Below are positions 9,427 through 17,295 of a stretch of DNA of 64,000 nucleotides, one piece after another (position 1 is the stretch's first letter; every line of letters begins with the position of its first letter). The notes beneath the pieces were generated by a model that saw nothing but the letters and a program-made list of their open reading frames with translations, did not search any database and was not told the origin of the DNA. The stretch is from Candidatus Kaiserbacteria bacterium RIFCSPLOWO2_01_FULL_45_25. GTDB taxonomy: Bacteria; Patescibacteriota; Minisyncoccia; Phycocordibacterales; UBA918. Where the stretch lies: positions 6,672 through 70,671 of the forward strand of contig MFLT01000003.1 in assembly GCA_001781415.1 (NCBI GenBank), read 5' to 3'. The translations under genes and the position numbers were made by a program.

Positions 9427-9784
9427 CAAAGCCAGCTTAAGACTTCATAAATACTTCACGTTACCCTATGTATTATGGGGCGACAAACGCATTTGTTTGT
9501 ATAGCGACGTATTACTTCAAATAGAACGGCATCAGTTATACCAAATGTGTAATTTGCCCAAGAATATTGGAATGGTACTGAGCACGATAATAAAAGTTCT
9601 TTATCAGTTCTTGAGGAATCAACAAATGAACAAGATATACTATGGTCATCGCGAATACACCTAGTACTGATACATCATCGACATGTATTTTGACTCGTTG
9701 AGGAGGGGCTGCAGCGTTAAGGCGTTGCAGCCTCTCCGTCTATCTGGTGTTCCTAGATTAATACCAGAAACTGACAGCCACTTA

Positions 9785-10648
9785 CTACGGCCTGTACACA
9801 ACATCTATATGGTCTCTCTCAACTGCGTAGGTAGCATTTCCATTTACATAAGTTCTTGTGCCGTCTCTCCAAGGTGCTCCAGGAGTAAAATTATTTTGAA
9901 CATAACTAACCAAAGCAGGATTATTGTTGGTTCTTAAGTCTAATTTATATCCATTAGAGTGGGAGTAAGTACCGTTTTGATGAGTTCCACCAGTACCTTC
10001 AGTAACCACAATATTACAACCACAAGATCGGTTTAGTGCAATTACCCCATCAATCACATGTGGTTGAATTCCTTCAAGCCTAGCTCCTGGTTTTACACCA
10101 ACACCAGCAGCACTTAATCTGGATGCGGCTTCTGCTTGTGTTAGCGGTGTACCAGGCGCACTAGGAGCCGAAGGGTCAGTTGGTACTGTTCCAGCCGGTT
10201 CAGGATTTGTCTCAACGTACTCATGTGGCACTACTTGAGTAGTACACTGCACTTGTGACCATGGTCCCCAGCCAACTAACTCACCCATGGCTGCACCACT
10301 AGAGCCACCGCCCACCAAACCTTTCATAACCGTATCAACAATCAACCAAGCGGCTAGCACAATAATAATTCCAATAAGAGCATTCTGGAACTTTGATTTA
10401 GCAGCATCAAGAGCTGACTGATTTCCACCTGATGTCACGAGTCCAAAGCCAGCGACCACCATCATAACTGCAAACAGTATGAACAAGATGCCGATAAGCC
10501 AAACAATGATGAGGTTAATCATGGCCACCAACTGACAAGACCCACAGTCTGCACCACTACAAGTCACGAGTCCGGTTTGTGCCAAAACGGCATCAGTTGG
10601 CAAAAACATCAGAGCAAAAGCGATAACAGCAACTGGTATAAATTTCAT
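9785..10648 (-). CDS. TrbC/VirB2-like (CPR 'T4SS-pilin'-type) membrane domain fused to a C-terminal M15-peptidase-like domain
   Basis: Signal peptide, Cys pair and two TM helices, like the pilin paralogs at 31-32.7 kb. The C-terminus, NRSCGCNIVVTEGTGGTHQNGTYSHSNGYKLDL, resembles the SxHxxGxAxD motif of zinc D-Ala-D-Ala carboxypeptidases. Recognised from memory, not searched. Confidence 0.5.
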   Translation of the reverse strand: MKFIPVAVIAFALMFLPTDAVLAQTGLVTCSGADCGSCQLVAMINLIIVWLIGILFILFAVMMVVAGFGLVTSGGNQSALDAAKSKFQNALIGIIIVLAAWLIVDTVMKGLVGGGSSGAAMGELVGWGPWSQVQCTTQVVPHEYVETNPEPAGTVPTDPSAPSAPGTPLTQAEAASRLSAAGVGVKPGARLEGIQPHVIDGVIALNRSCGCNIVVTEGTGGTHQNGTYSHSNGYKLDLRTNNNPALVSYVQNNFTPGAPWRDGTRTYVNGNATYAVERDHIDVVYRP

Positions 10649-10649
10649 A

Positions 10650-11168
10650 TTAAATAATTATATTACAACTCTGGGTTAACGGCGTTGCTGTTGAGCACAT
10701 ATATGTATCTGCCGGCAATGTAACCAAGTTATCTAAAGGTACTGCAAAACTACTACGTGGTTGTGGTGCTGGCTGAGTTGTACAGATGATGTCATTCCAA
10801 ACACCGTAATTTTCTTGTCTGAGCAGGAAGCGCAAGCCAGTATCCACTAGCATCCACGCTGCCAAAAATAGTATGTACCCAACAATAGCGTTACTGATTA
10901 GTTTACGAGCGTTTGTCACTGCTGATAGATCACCAGCCGCTACCACCATCCTGAGTCCAGCCAGCATAATGAGAATAACCACTATAATTCCCATAACTGT
11001 CGCCAACCAGCCACCAACCGTCGCCACTAGTGCTCCAACATGGCACATTTGGCATGGCTCTTCACCTATCCCACCACACGGAACCAACCCGGCTGCAGCC
11101 ACCACAGACGGAGAAAGAAGAATGAGAGTAGGCAGGAAGCTTTTCCACATATAGGTATATACTAGCAT
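10650..11168 (-). CDS. TrbC/VirB2-like pilin-type membrane protein; the ORF-track start at 11420 is unlikely because it runs through tRNA-Tyr fragments
   Basis: From MLVYTYMWKSFL: signal peptide, Cys-containing segment, two TM helices. Adjacent and co-oriented with the 9785..10648 gene. Confidence 0.5.
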   Translation of the reverse strand: MLVYTYMWKSFLPTLILLSPSVVAAAGLVPCGGIGEEPCQMCHVGALVATVGGWLATVMGIIVVILIMLAGLRMVVAAGDLSAVTNARKLISNAIVGYILFLAAWMLVDTGLRFLLRQENYGVWNDIICTTQPAPQPRSSFAVPLDNLVTLPADTYMCSTATPLTQSCNIII

Positions 11169-11230
11169 GACCACTCTTTGAAAATCAGGCAAGATGTGGT
11201 AATTTGTATGCCACATACGGCATACCGTAT

Positions 11231-11270
11231 TAATCGCGTCGGTACTCAAGCGGTCAACGAGGGCAGACTG
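11231..11270 (+). repeat. Partial 5'-half duplicate of tRNA-Tyr (first ~40 nt up to the anticodon)
   Basis: gcgtcggtactcaagcggtcaacgagggcagactgta is identical to the 5' part of the full tRNA-Tyr gene 200 bp downstream. It diverges exactly at the anticodon loop. Confidence 0.55.
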
Positions 11271-11431
11271 TATGACTTGCGCTTTGCGCACCAGGAAGTC
11301 ATGCTGGCATAGGTGTCTCCCACCGGAGACTCTGTCTAAAGTCGCTAGACGCGACACACCAGTAAATCTTGCAGATTTCCAGTCTGCTGATATAACTGAT
11401 AGGACCAAGTGATACAACAAAATAAATAAAT

Positions 11432-11514
11432 GCGTCGGTACTCAAGCGGTCAACGAGGGCAGACTGTAAATCTGCTGACTTATGTCTACGAAGGTTCGAA
11501 TCCCTCCCGGCGCA
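11432..11514 (+). tRNA. tRNA-Tyr(GTA)
   Basis: Acceptor gcgtcgg/ccggcgc, anticodon loop cuGUAaa, long variable arm, T-loop ttcgaat. Confidence 0.8.
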
Positions 11515-11935
11515 CGCGTATAAAAAACCGTCCAAGCACAAGCTTGGGCGTTTTTTATTGCGTGCGCCGGAGCAAGGCATCTGCATGCCTTGCGTGAGGG
11601 ATTCGAAAAGCGCAGCGATGCCGTAGGCGAGCGAGCTGGGGTCGAGAACACTTAGTAGATTATGAGCGAAGCGAAATAATATACTTAGTGATTTGTGACC
11701 GAATCCCTCCCCTCCCGGAGCACATTAGAATTAAAAACACCAAATGGTGCTTTTTCTAATGTGCGCCGGGAAGTGAAATGTCTGGGAGACATTTCATGTG
11801 GGATTCGAAGCCCGATTGAGCTAGATTGAAAGCAAAGCGCATCAATCTAGCCAATTGGGGTACTGGTCGTGTAACGACCGAAATTCCCTCCCGGCGCACG
11901 CGTTAAAAATCCTTGCTCAACAAGGTATTTTTATA
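11515..11935 (+). repeat. tRNA-linked composite repeat element, copy C (tandem, with two direct repeats of the tRNA-Tyr 3' end)
   Basis: Terminator palindrome, then inverted tRNA 3' end (tgcgtgcgccggag), a second palindrome and an inverted T-arm (cgtgagggattcgaa). Core gcgcagcgatgccgtaggcgagcgagctggggtcgagaacacttagtag...tacttagtgatttgtgaccg|aatccctcccctcccggagcaca. A second unit ends ggtcgtgtaacgaccg|aaattccctcccggcgcacgcg, and a terminator hairpin closes the element. Confidence 0.6.
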
Positions 11936-11978
11936 GTCCGAAATAGATGATTCGACACTCTGCTATACTTAAAGAATT

Positions 11979-12524
11979 ATGCCAAAGACTTTTCTTGTAT
12001 TAATTGATGGTCCAATGGGTTCTGGAAAAACTACCACCAGTAAGCTACTCAATCAAAAACTCCCTGATACCGCTCGTGTCGCTTTACCAGACATCAAGCG
12101 TCTTGTTCCAAATTTCCGAGAAGACTCCAAAACTTTAAACACAATTAGAGAAGTAATGCGAGCGATGATTGAAACATATCTTAAAAATGATGTCAGCGTC
12201 GTTGTTGAACAAATTACAAAAGCGGATGGTGCACATCTACTAAAAGAAATAACTGAGAGGAACGGAGCAACATTTCATGGATACCGGCTAACGGCCCCAA
12301 AGGAGATTCGCTGGAACAGAGTTCTAGAGAGAACAAAATGTATGATGGAAGTATCGGAGTTACCCCAATCGAAAATCGATGAATTAGCTGGATATTTCGA
12401 ACCAAATCATCAATTTTATATAGATAATCCTATTGAGATATCTGAAACCGTTAACACCGATGAATTCAATACCGATGAAGTAATTTCACACATCATAAAT
12501 AACTTGACAACACAGCCTTATTAA
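11979..12524 (+). CDS. P-loop NTPase/kinase (AAA_33 or zeta-toxin-like small kinase), AT-rich
   Basis: Walker A LIDGPMGSGKTTT near the N-terminus, ~180 aa. The family is not resolved from sequence alone. Confidence 0.45.
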   Translation: MPKTFLVLIDGPMGSGKTTTSKLLNQKLPDTARVALPDIKRLVPNFREDSKTLNTIREVMRAMIETYLKNDVSVVVEQITKADGAHLLKEITERNGATFHGYRLTAPKEIRWNRVLERTKCMMEVSELPQSKIDELAGYFEPNHQFYIDNPIEISETVNTDEFNTDEVISHIINNLTTQPY

Positions 12525-12578
12525 GGCATTGTATTTTCATTCCCAATCTTGAGTTGGGTTTCATTTACGGAGATAACC

Positions 12579-12932
12579 ATGAAGGTTTTCCTTGCAGTTC
12601 TTTTACTGGTCGCAACCAATGTCTGGAGCGGGCCTTCGATGCCGAGACTGATCATGCCGCGCATCATGCCAACCATGCCACGCACAACAACGCCGACACC
12701 TCGCGTGACGCCACCACCCTCTCCGGTCAGGCCTACTCCAACACCAAGCCCGGTCCGGTCGTTCAGTTACAACAACCGGAACTACACACCCGTGTACCAA
12801 AACAACATCCTGTTGTGGGTGATCTGGTTCAGTGTCATCAACGGCCAGCAGGTTGAACAGCGTGCGGACTGCGCCAATCCCCTGAACGAACACGACCGCA
12901 AGATTTGCGAAACAGCCAAAACACAGCAGTGA
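12579..12932 (+). CDS. Small secreted Pro/Thr-rich protein (GC-rich cassette gene); the ORF-track start at 12549 is less likely
   Basis: RBS ggagataaccATG, signal peptide MKVFLAVLLLVATNVWSG, PTPxP repeats. Confidence 0.5.
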   Translation: MKVFLAVLLLVATNVWSGPSMPRLIMPRIMPTMPRTTTPTPRVTPPPSPVRPTPTPSPVRSFSYNNRNYTPVYQNNILLWVIWFSVINGQQVEQRADCANPLNEHDRKICETAKTQQ

Positions 12933-12950
12933 TCAACTAGGTCACCTACA

Positions 12951-13001
12951 CCCCGCCCACACCAGAAAGCCACCCGGCTTCGGTTGGGCGGTTTTCTTTT
13001 T
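12951..13001 (+). terminator. Conserved cassette terminator, copy 1
   Basis: ccccgcccacaccagaaagccacccggcttcggttgggcggttttcttttt: GC-rich stem, C(UUCG)G loop, T-run. Confidence 0.7.
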
Positions 13002-13023
13002 ACCAACACTCAAGTATAAATAT

Positions 13024-13051
13024 TGACTTTTTCACAAAATCTATGTTTAAT
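13024..13051 (+). promoter_or_regulatory. Conserved cassette promoter, copy 1
   Basis: -35 TTGACT, 16-nt spacer, -10 TTTAAT. This is part of an ~110-bp block that is near-identical to 13840-13920. Confidence 0.55.
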
Positions 13052-13105
13052 ACTTGCCTATCAGACACAGGGTGTGTTTGTGTGTTCCTTTACAGGAGTT
13101 TGAAA

Positions 13106-13762
13106 ATGATAGAGAGCAATGTCTGGGAAAATGACGGTGAAAGCACCATGTCACGGAGAAGTTTCTACTTCGCACTCGGCTGCGTCCTGACGTGGGGTTT
13201 CTTTGCCACCAACCTGGTGTCACAAGCCACTGCCGAATGGAAGCCTGGCCTGGTCTCCTTCCTTTTGGTTGGGCTTGTTCTGCCGATAGTGGGCATCCTG
13301 CTCAGCAGCTTCAGCCGCGTTGCCATCATCTCGTTCATCGGCTTCAACTTGGTGGTCATCCCGTTTGGCGCAGTCCTCGGCCCACTGCTCGCACAGTACG
13401 AACTGTCACAACCCGGCGTGGTGGCCCGCGCCGCTCTACTGACCGCGGCCGTCACGGGCATGATGGGCCTCTCCGGCTTGATGTTCCCGCAGTTCTATCG
13501 AAACATTGGCGGCGCTCTCTTCATGGCACTCTTGTGCCTTCTTGGAGTGCGCATCCTCCAAATGTTTGTGCCGAATCTGCAAAACGTCGGTTTCGTCGAC
13601 TACGCAGCGGCCGGACTGTTTGCTCTCTACATCGGTTACGACATGTGGCGAGCCAGCGAAATTCCAGCGAACCTGGATAACGCTGTGGATGTCGCAGTCA
13701 GTCTATACCTCGACATCATCAACCTCTTCCTCAACTTGCTGAAAATCAGCAGCGACGACTGA
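13106..13762 (+). CDS. Bax-inhibitor-1/YccA (TMBIM)-family membrane protein; start at MIESNV, not the ORF-track 13043
   Basis: RBS aggagtttgaaaATG. About 7 TM helices. The C-terminal motif SLYLDIINLFLNLLKI is characteristic of the BI-1/YccA family. Confidence 0.6.
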   Translation: MIESNVWENDGESTMSRRSFYFALGCVLTWGFFATNLVSQATAEWKPGLVSFLLVGLVLPIVGILLSSFSRVAIISFIGFNLVVIPFGAVLGPLLAQYELSQPGVVARAALLTAAVTGMMGLSGLMFPQFYRNIGGALFMALLCLLGVRILQMFVPNLQNVGFVDYAAAGLFALYIGYDMWRASEIPANLDNAVDVAVSLYLDIINLFLNLLKISSDD

Positions 13763-13766
13763 GGTA

Positions 13767-13818
13767 ACCCCGCCCACACCAGAAAGCCTCCCAGCTTCGG
13801 TTGGGCGGTTTTCTTTTT
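13767..13818 (+). terminator. Conserved cassette terminator, copy 2
   Basis: aaccccgcccacaccagaaagcctcccagcttcggttgggcggttttcttttt. Confidence 0.7.
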
Positions 13819-13839
13819 ACCAACACTCAAGTATAAATA

Positions 13840-13867
13840 TTGACTTTTTCAAAAAATCAATGTTTAA
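13840..13867 (+). promoter_or_regulatory. Conserved cassette promoter, copy 2
   Basis: ttgactttttcaaaaaatcaatgtttaatac: the same -35/-10 as copy 1, followed by the same cagggtgtgtttgtgttcctttgtaggag leader. Confidence 0.55.
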
Positions 13868-13919
13868 TACGTCCCTATCAAACACAGGGTGTGTTTGTGT
13901 TCCTTTGTAGGAGAAGACA

Positions 13920-14612
13920 ATGAACCAAAGCAAGATTCGTGACCAACGCATGTGGGCAAAGTGGAATGCGGCCGGGGCCGTCAGCGGGGCCATCAAGCTT
14001 GTGGCGGACTACTCTGCAGGAGATCAAAAGATCCTGGATGTCCTCTCCAATGAGATGACAAATGACGTCATCGACGAGGCGATCGGCAATTGGACGCAAC
14101 GGCATTTCAAGAAACCCAACCCCCGAGTGAAGACGCTGCTTCTGGGATACGCAACAGCGGTCACTAGAAAGGTGTTCGCTGGAACAACTCCCTACCCCGA
14201 CTTCTCACCGGAATGGAAACGAGACGTCTCTAATCGGGCCTACGCACTCCTGGATTTCAAGAAGTTCAAGGAGCAGCAAGTCCCAGTGATCGTAGACGCG
14301 CTTTCTCCCATCCTGGGCGATACACGCGACAAGTTCGAAAATGGCTTGCATGGTTATTCTCTCGCCAAGATTGCGAACGTCGTCGGCTGTGTCGCCTATA
14401 TGGTGAAGAACGGTCTCGAGCCCGAGCTCCTCCGTATGACACCCGAAGAAGCGAACGCGTCGCTCCTCAAGATGGCGGAAACTCGCGCCAAGACGCATCC
14501 TGACAAGGTGCTCACTTTCGATCCGTCGACCGACGAGCCCCATGAAGTGGTCACAGAGATCCTTCTCCGGACAAATCCGCCGGACATCAGCGCGATCCTA
14601 CCCAAGAGGTAA
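13920..14612 (+). CDS. Hypothetical protein (GC-rich cassette gene)
   Basis: ORF with RBS aggagaagacaATG. No recognisable family. Confidence 0.5.
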   Translation: MNQSKIRDQRMWAKWNAAGAVSGAIKLVADYSAGDQKILDVLSNEMTNDVIDEAIGNWTQRHFKKPNPRVKTLLLGYATAVTRKVFAGTTPYPDFSPEWKRDVSNRAYALLDFKKFKEQQVPVIVDALSPILGDTRDKFENGLHGYSLAKIANVVGCVAYMVKNGLEPELLRMTPEEANASLLKMAETRAKTHPDKVLTFDPSTDEPHEVVTEILLRTNPPDISAILPKR

Positions 14613-14664
14613 CCCCGCCCACACCAGAAAGCCTCCCGGCTTCGGTTGGGCGGTTTTCTTTTAT
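14613..14664 (+). terminator. Conserved cassette terminator, copy 3
   Basis: aaccccgcccacaccagaaagcctcccggcttcggttgggcggttttcttttattt. Confidence 0.7.
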
Positions 14665-14809
14665 TTAAGCATCGTCGTAACCAATGCCACCATCTGATCT
14701 TTCTTCCGTGGATCACTTTCAGCAATTAATAGAGTAATAGCAGTGAGGGCAGCTGGATTGATGTTGCGAGCCCCCTTCACTCCTACCCAATAAAACTGGT
14801 TTATCTGAA

Positions 14810-15034
14810 TTAGCAATGTGCAAATTTTGCACATACTGAATCAGCCTCTAACTCTCCATCTTTTATGACATTTCTAATATGCTTGGTAATAACAGAACGA
14901 TCGACTTGAAACATCTCAGCTATCTGTGCCTGAGTAGCCCAAATGGTTTCTGTTTTTAGATCCTCACGCAGCTCCAAAGCCCCCGACTTAGTCTGGTAAA
15001 TTACCATCTTTTGCTCTAGCTTTTTCTTGATCAT
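14810..15034 (-). pseudogene. N-terminal fragment (74 aa) of a RhuM-family (virulence protein RhuM / Fic-associated DNA-binding) gene
   Basis: VIYQTKSGALELREDLKTETIWATQAQIAEMFQVDRSVITKHIRNVIKDGEL matches the characteristic RhuM N-terminus. The ORF stops after 74 aa, so it is truncated or decayed. Confidence 0.5.
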
Positions 15035-15139
15035 GTTGATGGGTATTTTACCACACTAATTTGACACAGCCTGAGTCCTATAGTTTACTTTTGGACATCT
15101 TGCCTAAGTTGGCATGCGTTCTTCTTCAGGAGAGATTAG

Positions 15140-15712
15140 ATGAACCAAAACCGCATTTCGCAATATCTTGAATCCAGACGCGAGCGACTCCAGTTGCTTG
15201 AAGCGATGTGGAACGACCCCAAGGTACAGCTATACAACGATGTTGAGTTGCCGCCAAAAGATGATGCTCCATCGGTTTTTCTCAACGGCCCGACTTCGCG
15301 TCACCAAATCCTTGAGTTCAACCACCGCTGCCTGTCCGTGAAGTATCTGCGTGATGCCGGCTTCAACGGATGGATCTACGCCCCCGAACCACGAGGCCAC
15401 GAAGAACCTGGAGATTTCACGGAACGTGGATACATCCACGAATGGGAATCCAGTCGACGCTTCTCTGCATCCTGTAATTCATTCTGGATTCCGCGCGACA
15501 GTAACGAGTTGCTCGGCCTCAACAGCAACCTTGAGTTGGGTATTGATATCGGCAAACTGTTAGCAGGAACACAAAATCACAGGGTGTTTATCGGCTGGCC
15601 CGATCAGGCACTCCGTATGGGATTGCCCAACCACTATCGCAAACTCACAGGTCTCACCCTCTACCGAAACCAGCAGGTCATGTGCGAACAGATTGCACTC
15701 CTCGTGAAGTAA
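15140..15712 (+). CDS. Hypothetical protein (GC-rich cassette gene)
   Basis: ORF only; no family recognised. Confidence 0.45.
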   Translation: MNQNRISQYLESRRERLQLLEAMWNDPKVQLYNDVELPPKDDAPSVFLNGPTSRHQILEFNHRCLSVKYLRDAGFNGWIYAPEPRGHEEPGDFTERGYIHEWESSRRFSASCNSFWIPRDSNELLGLNSNLELGIDIGKLLAGTQNHRVFIGWPDQALRMGLPNHYRKLTGLTLYRNQQVMCEQIALLVK

Positions 15713-15717
15713 CGTCT

Positions 15718-15767
15718 CCCCCGCCCCACCAAAAGCCACACGGCTTCGGTTGGGCGGTTTTCTTTTA
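15718..15767 (+). terminator. Conserved cassette terminator, copy 4 (compensatory changes in the 5' arm)
   Basis: cccccgccccaccaaaagccacacggcttcggttgggcggttttcttttat. Confidence 0.65.
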
Positions 15768-15820
15768 TCTCGCAGTTAAACCCCGTTTGACTTAAGTTTA
15801 ACTTAAGTTAAACTTAAGCT

Positions 15821-16096
15821 ATGAATGCAAAAATAAAATCTAATATCGTTGGTCTCAAGGAACTTCGCGAAAACATGGAGACATACATAAAGCGAATCAA
15901 TAAAGGCGAGTCCATCACTGTGTTTCGTCGCTCAACACCCCTGTTTCGTATATCCCCTGTCGATTCAGAAGAAATTGGCTGGGAGACAGTGGTTGATTTT
16001 ACAAAAGAAACTGGCCGAGGTGTCCCGGTTGAAGAACTACTAAAATCAATGAAAGTGTATGGACAAAAATCAAAGGTTTCTAAAAAGACTAAGTAG
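15821..16096 (+). CDS. Phd/YefM-like type II antitoxin
   Basis: N-terminus GLKELRENMETYIKRINKGESITVFRRSTPLFRISPV fits the Phd/YefM pattern. It overlaps the downstream toxin gene by 38 bp. Confidence 0.5.
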   Translation: MNAKIKSNIVGLKELRENMETYIKRINKGESITVFRRSTPLFRISPVDSEEIGWETVVDFTKETGRGVPVEELLKSMKVYGQKSKVSKKTK

Positions 16097-16301
16097 CAAA
16101 GAATTTGCGGCGGTAGAAATAGTCTTGCGAAAGATTTTGTCCAAAAATACTACTGGTTTGGATATTAAAAAATTATCTGGATATAGTGACGTCTACCGAG
16201 TACGGACTGGTAATATTCGTATTATTTTCCTTGACGACAAAAGGCACGCTGAGGTGTTAGAGATAAGCAGACGTAGTGAAAAAACGTACAAAGACTTTTA
16301 A
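16059..16301 (+). CDS. RelE/ParE-family type II toxin (mRNA interferase)
   Basis: LSGYSDVYRVRTGNIRIIFLDDKRHAEVLEISRRSEKTY carries the RelE/ParE core motifs (YRiRvG.yRiiy..d..v.il.i.hR...Y). Confidence 0.65.
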   Translation: MDKNQRFLKRLSSKEFAAVEIVLRKILSKNTTGLDIKKLSGYSDVYRVRTGNIRIIFLDDKRHAEVLEISRRSEKTYKDF

Positions 16302-16364
16302 AGATTTCTAATTTTAATAAATACCCACAGTCTGCTCCCCTCAGTTGACATATTGCATAGCTGA

Positions 16365-16394
16365 CCGGTCTTGGGTTGGGCGGTTTTCTTTTAT
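16365..16394 (+). terminator. Conserved cassette terminator, copy 5 (partial)
   Basis: ggtcttgggttgggcggttttcttttatac. Confidence 0.5.
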
Positions 16395-16429
16395 ACTTAA
16401 ATAAAATCTCTAGGTTCTAGGTTCAAAAA

Positions 16430-16460
16430 TTGACTTTGTTCTAATATTATGTCAAAGTTT
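16430..16460 (+). promoter_or_regulatory. Cassette promoter variant upstream of 16513
   Basis: aaaaattgactttgttctaatattatgtc: -35 TTGACT with a TATTAT-like -10. Confidence 0.4.
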
Positions 16461-16512
16461 CACACAGACAAGTCTCTTCCCAATCAACAAAACCAAATTA
16501 GGAGGTGCTCAA

Positions 16513-17292
16513 ATGCAGCACGTTACAATCAAGCGCAATGGAGCATCCACGACGCTACAACTGAAACTAAATCTCAAAGTAAGTATCGAGGGTTCAGCAA
16601 CTATTGATTCTCACCAACTGGAAAAGCAAATGGATTCTTTTCTAGGCTGGACCCTTAGAGATGTTGGTTTAGGCGATGGCACGCCTGAGCAGGTGGACAC
16701 CTGTAAACGGTACATCAAACAATTTATGCATCACCGCGAATCAGAAAGCTTCTACAGAAATCTGGTTAAGACAAATTTTGAGCCTTGCGAAGAACCTGTA
16801 TGCATGCGGTACGAAACGCTTGCAGACCTAGCAGACAGCTTGGGGGTCATCTACCAGCTAATGTACTTTCATTACTTCCTAGGAAGAAATACTCGTATGA
16901 AGTGGTCTTTTCCGAGAATGTGCTGTGGTTACTCTGCTCACAACTTGACCACTGCCCTCTGGGAAGCTGGCGTGGTCGCAGCAGTATCAACTCATAACTA
17001 CTCACATGACCACTCATACGTAACCGTACCGTTTGTACTTATGGAAACAGGACGAACAGGAATAATTCTTGCCGACCCGACATCCGACCAACTGTGGATA
17101 GCTGGATCAAGGAGGATTCGAAACCATATGATGGTTTTGCCGAGCAAAGACTGGGAGTACAAGACTGACTGGAGAGACGGTGAAAACCTCTACCCTGAAA
17201 TCGTTCAGTTAAGCACCTGCCACGGCACTGAAGAAAAAGATTACAATCAGTACATGGAAAACGCCTTCAACAACGCTGCTGTTGTCGCATAA
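16513..17292 (+). CDS. Transglutaminase-like/papain-fold cysteine peptidase-like protein (hypothetical)
   Basis: C..H..D order and spacing: MCCGYSAHNLTTALWEAGVVAAV...HDHSYVTV...GIILADPT. This resembles the transglutaminase-like core G-C...A...L...G..A..V......H.W.EV......DPT. Confidence 0.45.
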   Translation: MQHVTIKRNGASTTLQLKLNLKVSIEGSATIDSHQLEKQMDSFLGWTLRDVGLGDGTPEQVDTCKRYIKQFMHHRESESFYRNLVKTNFEPCEEPVCMRYETLADLADSLGVIYQLMYFHYFLGRNTRMKWSFPRMCCGYSAHNLTTALWEAGVVAAVSTHNYSHDHSYVTVPFVLMETGRTGIILADPTSDQLWIAGSRRIRNHMMVLPSKDWEYKTDWRDGENLYPEIVQLSTCHGTEEKDYNQYMENAFNNAAVVA

Positions 17293-17295
17293 ATA

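Noticed and set aside
12951-13001. Possible integron attC site (GTTGGGC matches the GTTRRRY core, GCCCA on the other arm)
   Set aside because: The 5' arm reads GCCCACA, not RYYYAAC. The structure is fully explained as a GC-rich intrinsic terminator with a UUCG tetraloop and T-run. No integron integrase or attI in the window. Kept only as a remote possibility under the cassette-array finding.
14396-14725. 109-aa minus-strand ORF
   Set aside because: Reads through the conserved cassette terminator (KPPNRSREAFWCGRG arises from the terminator sequence). The same peptide appears in another spurious ORF at 12782..13009.
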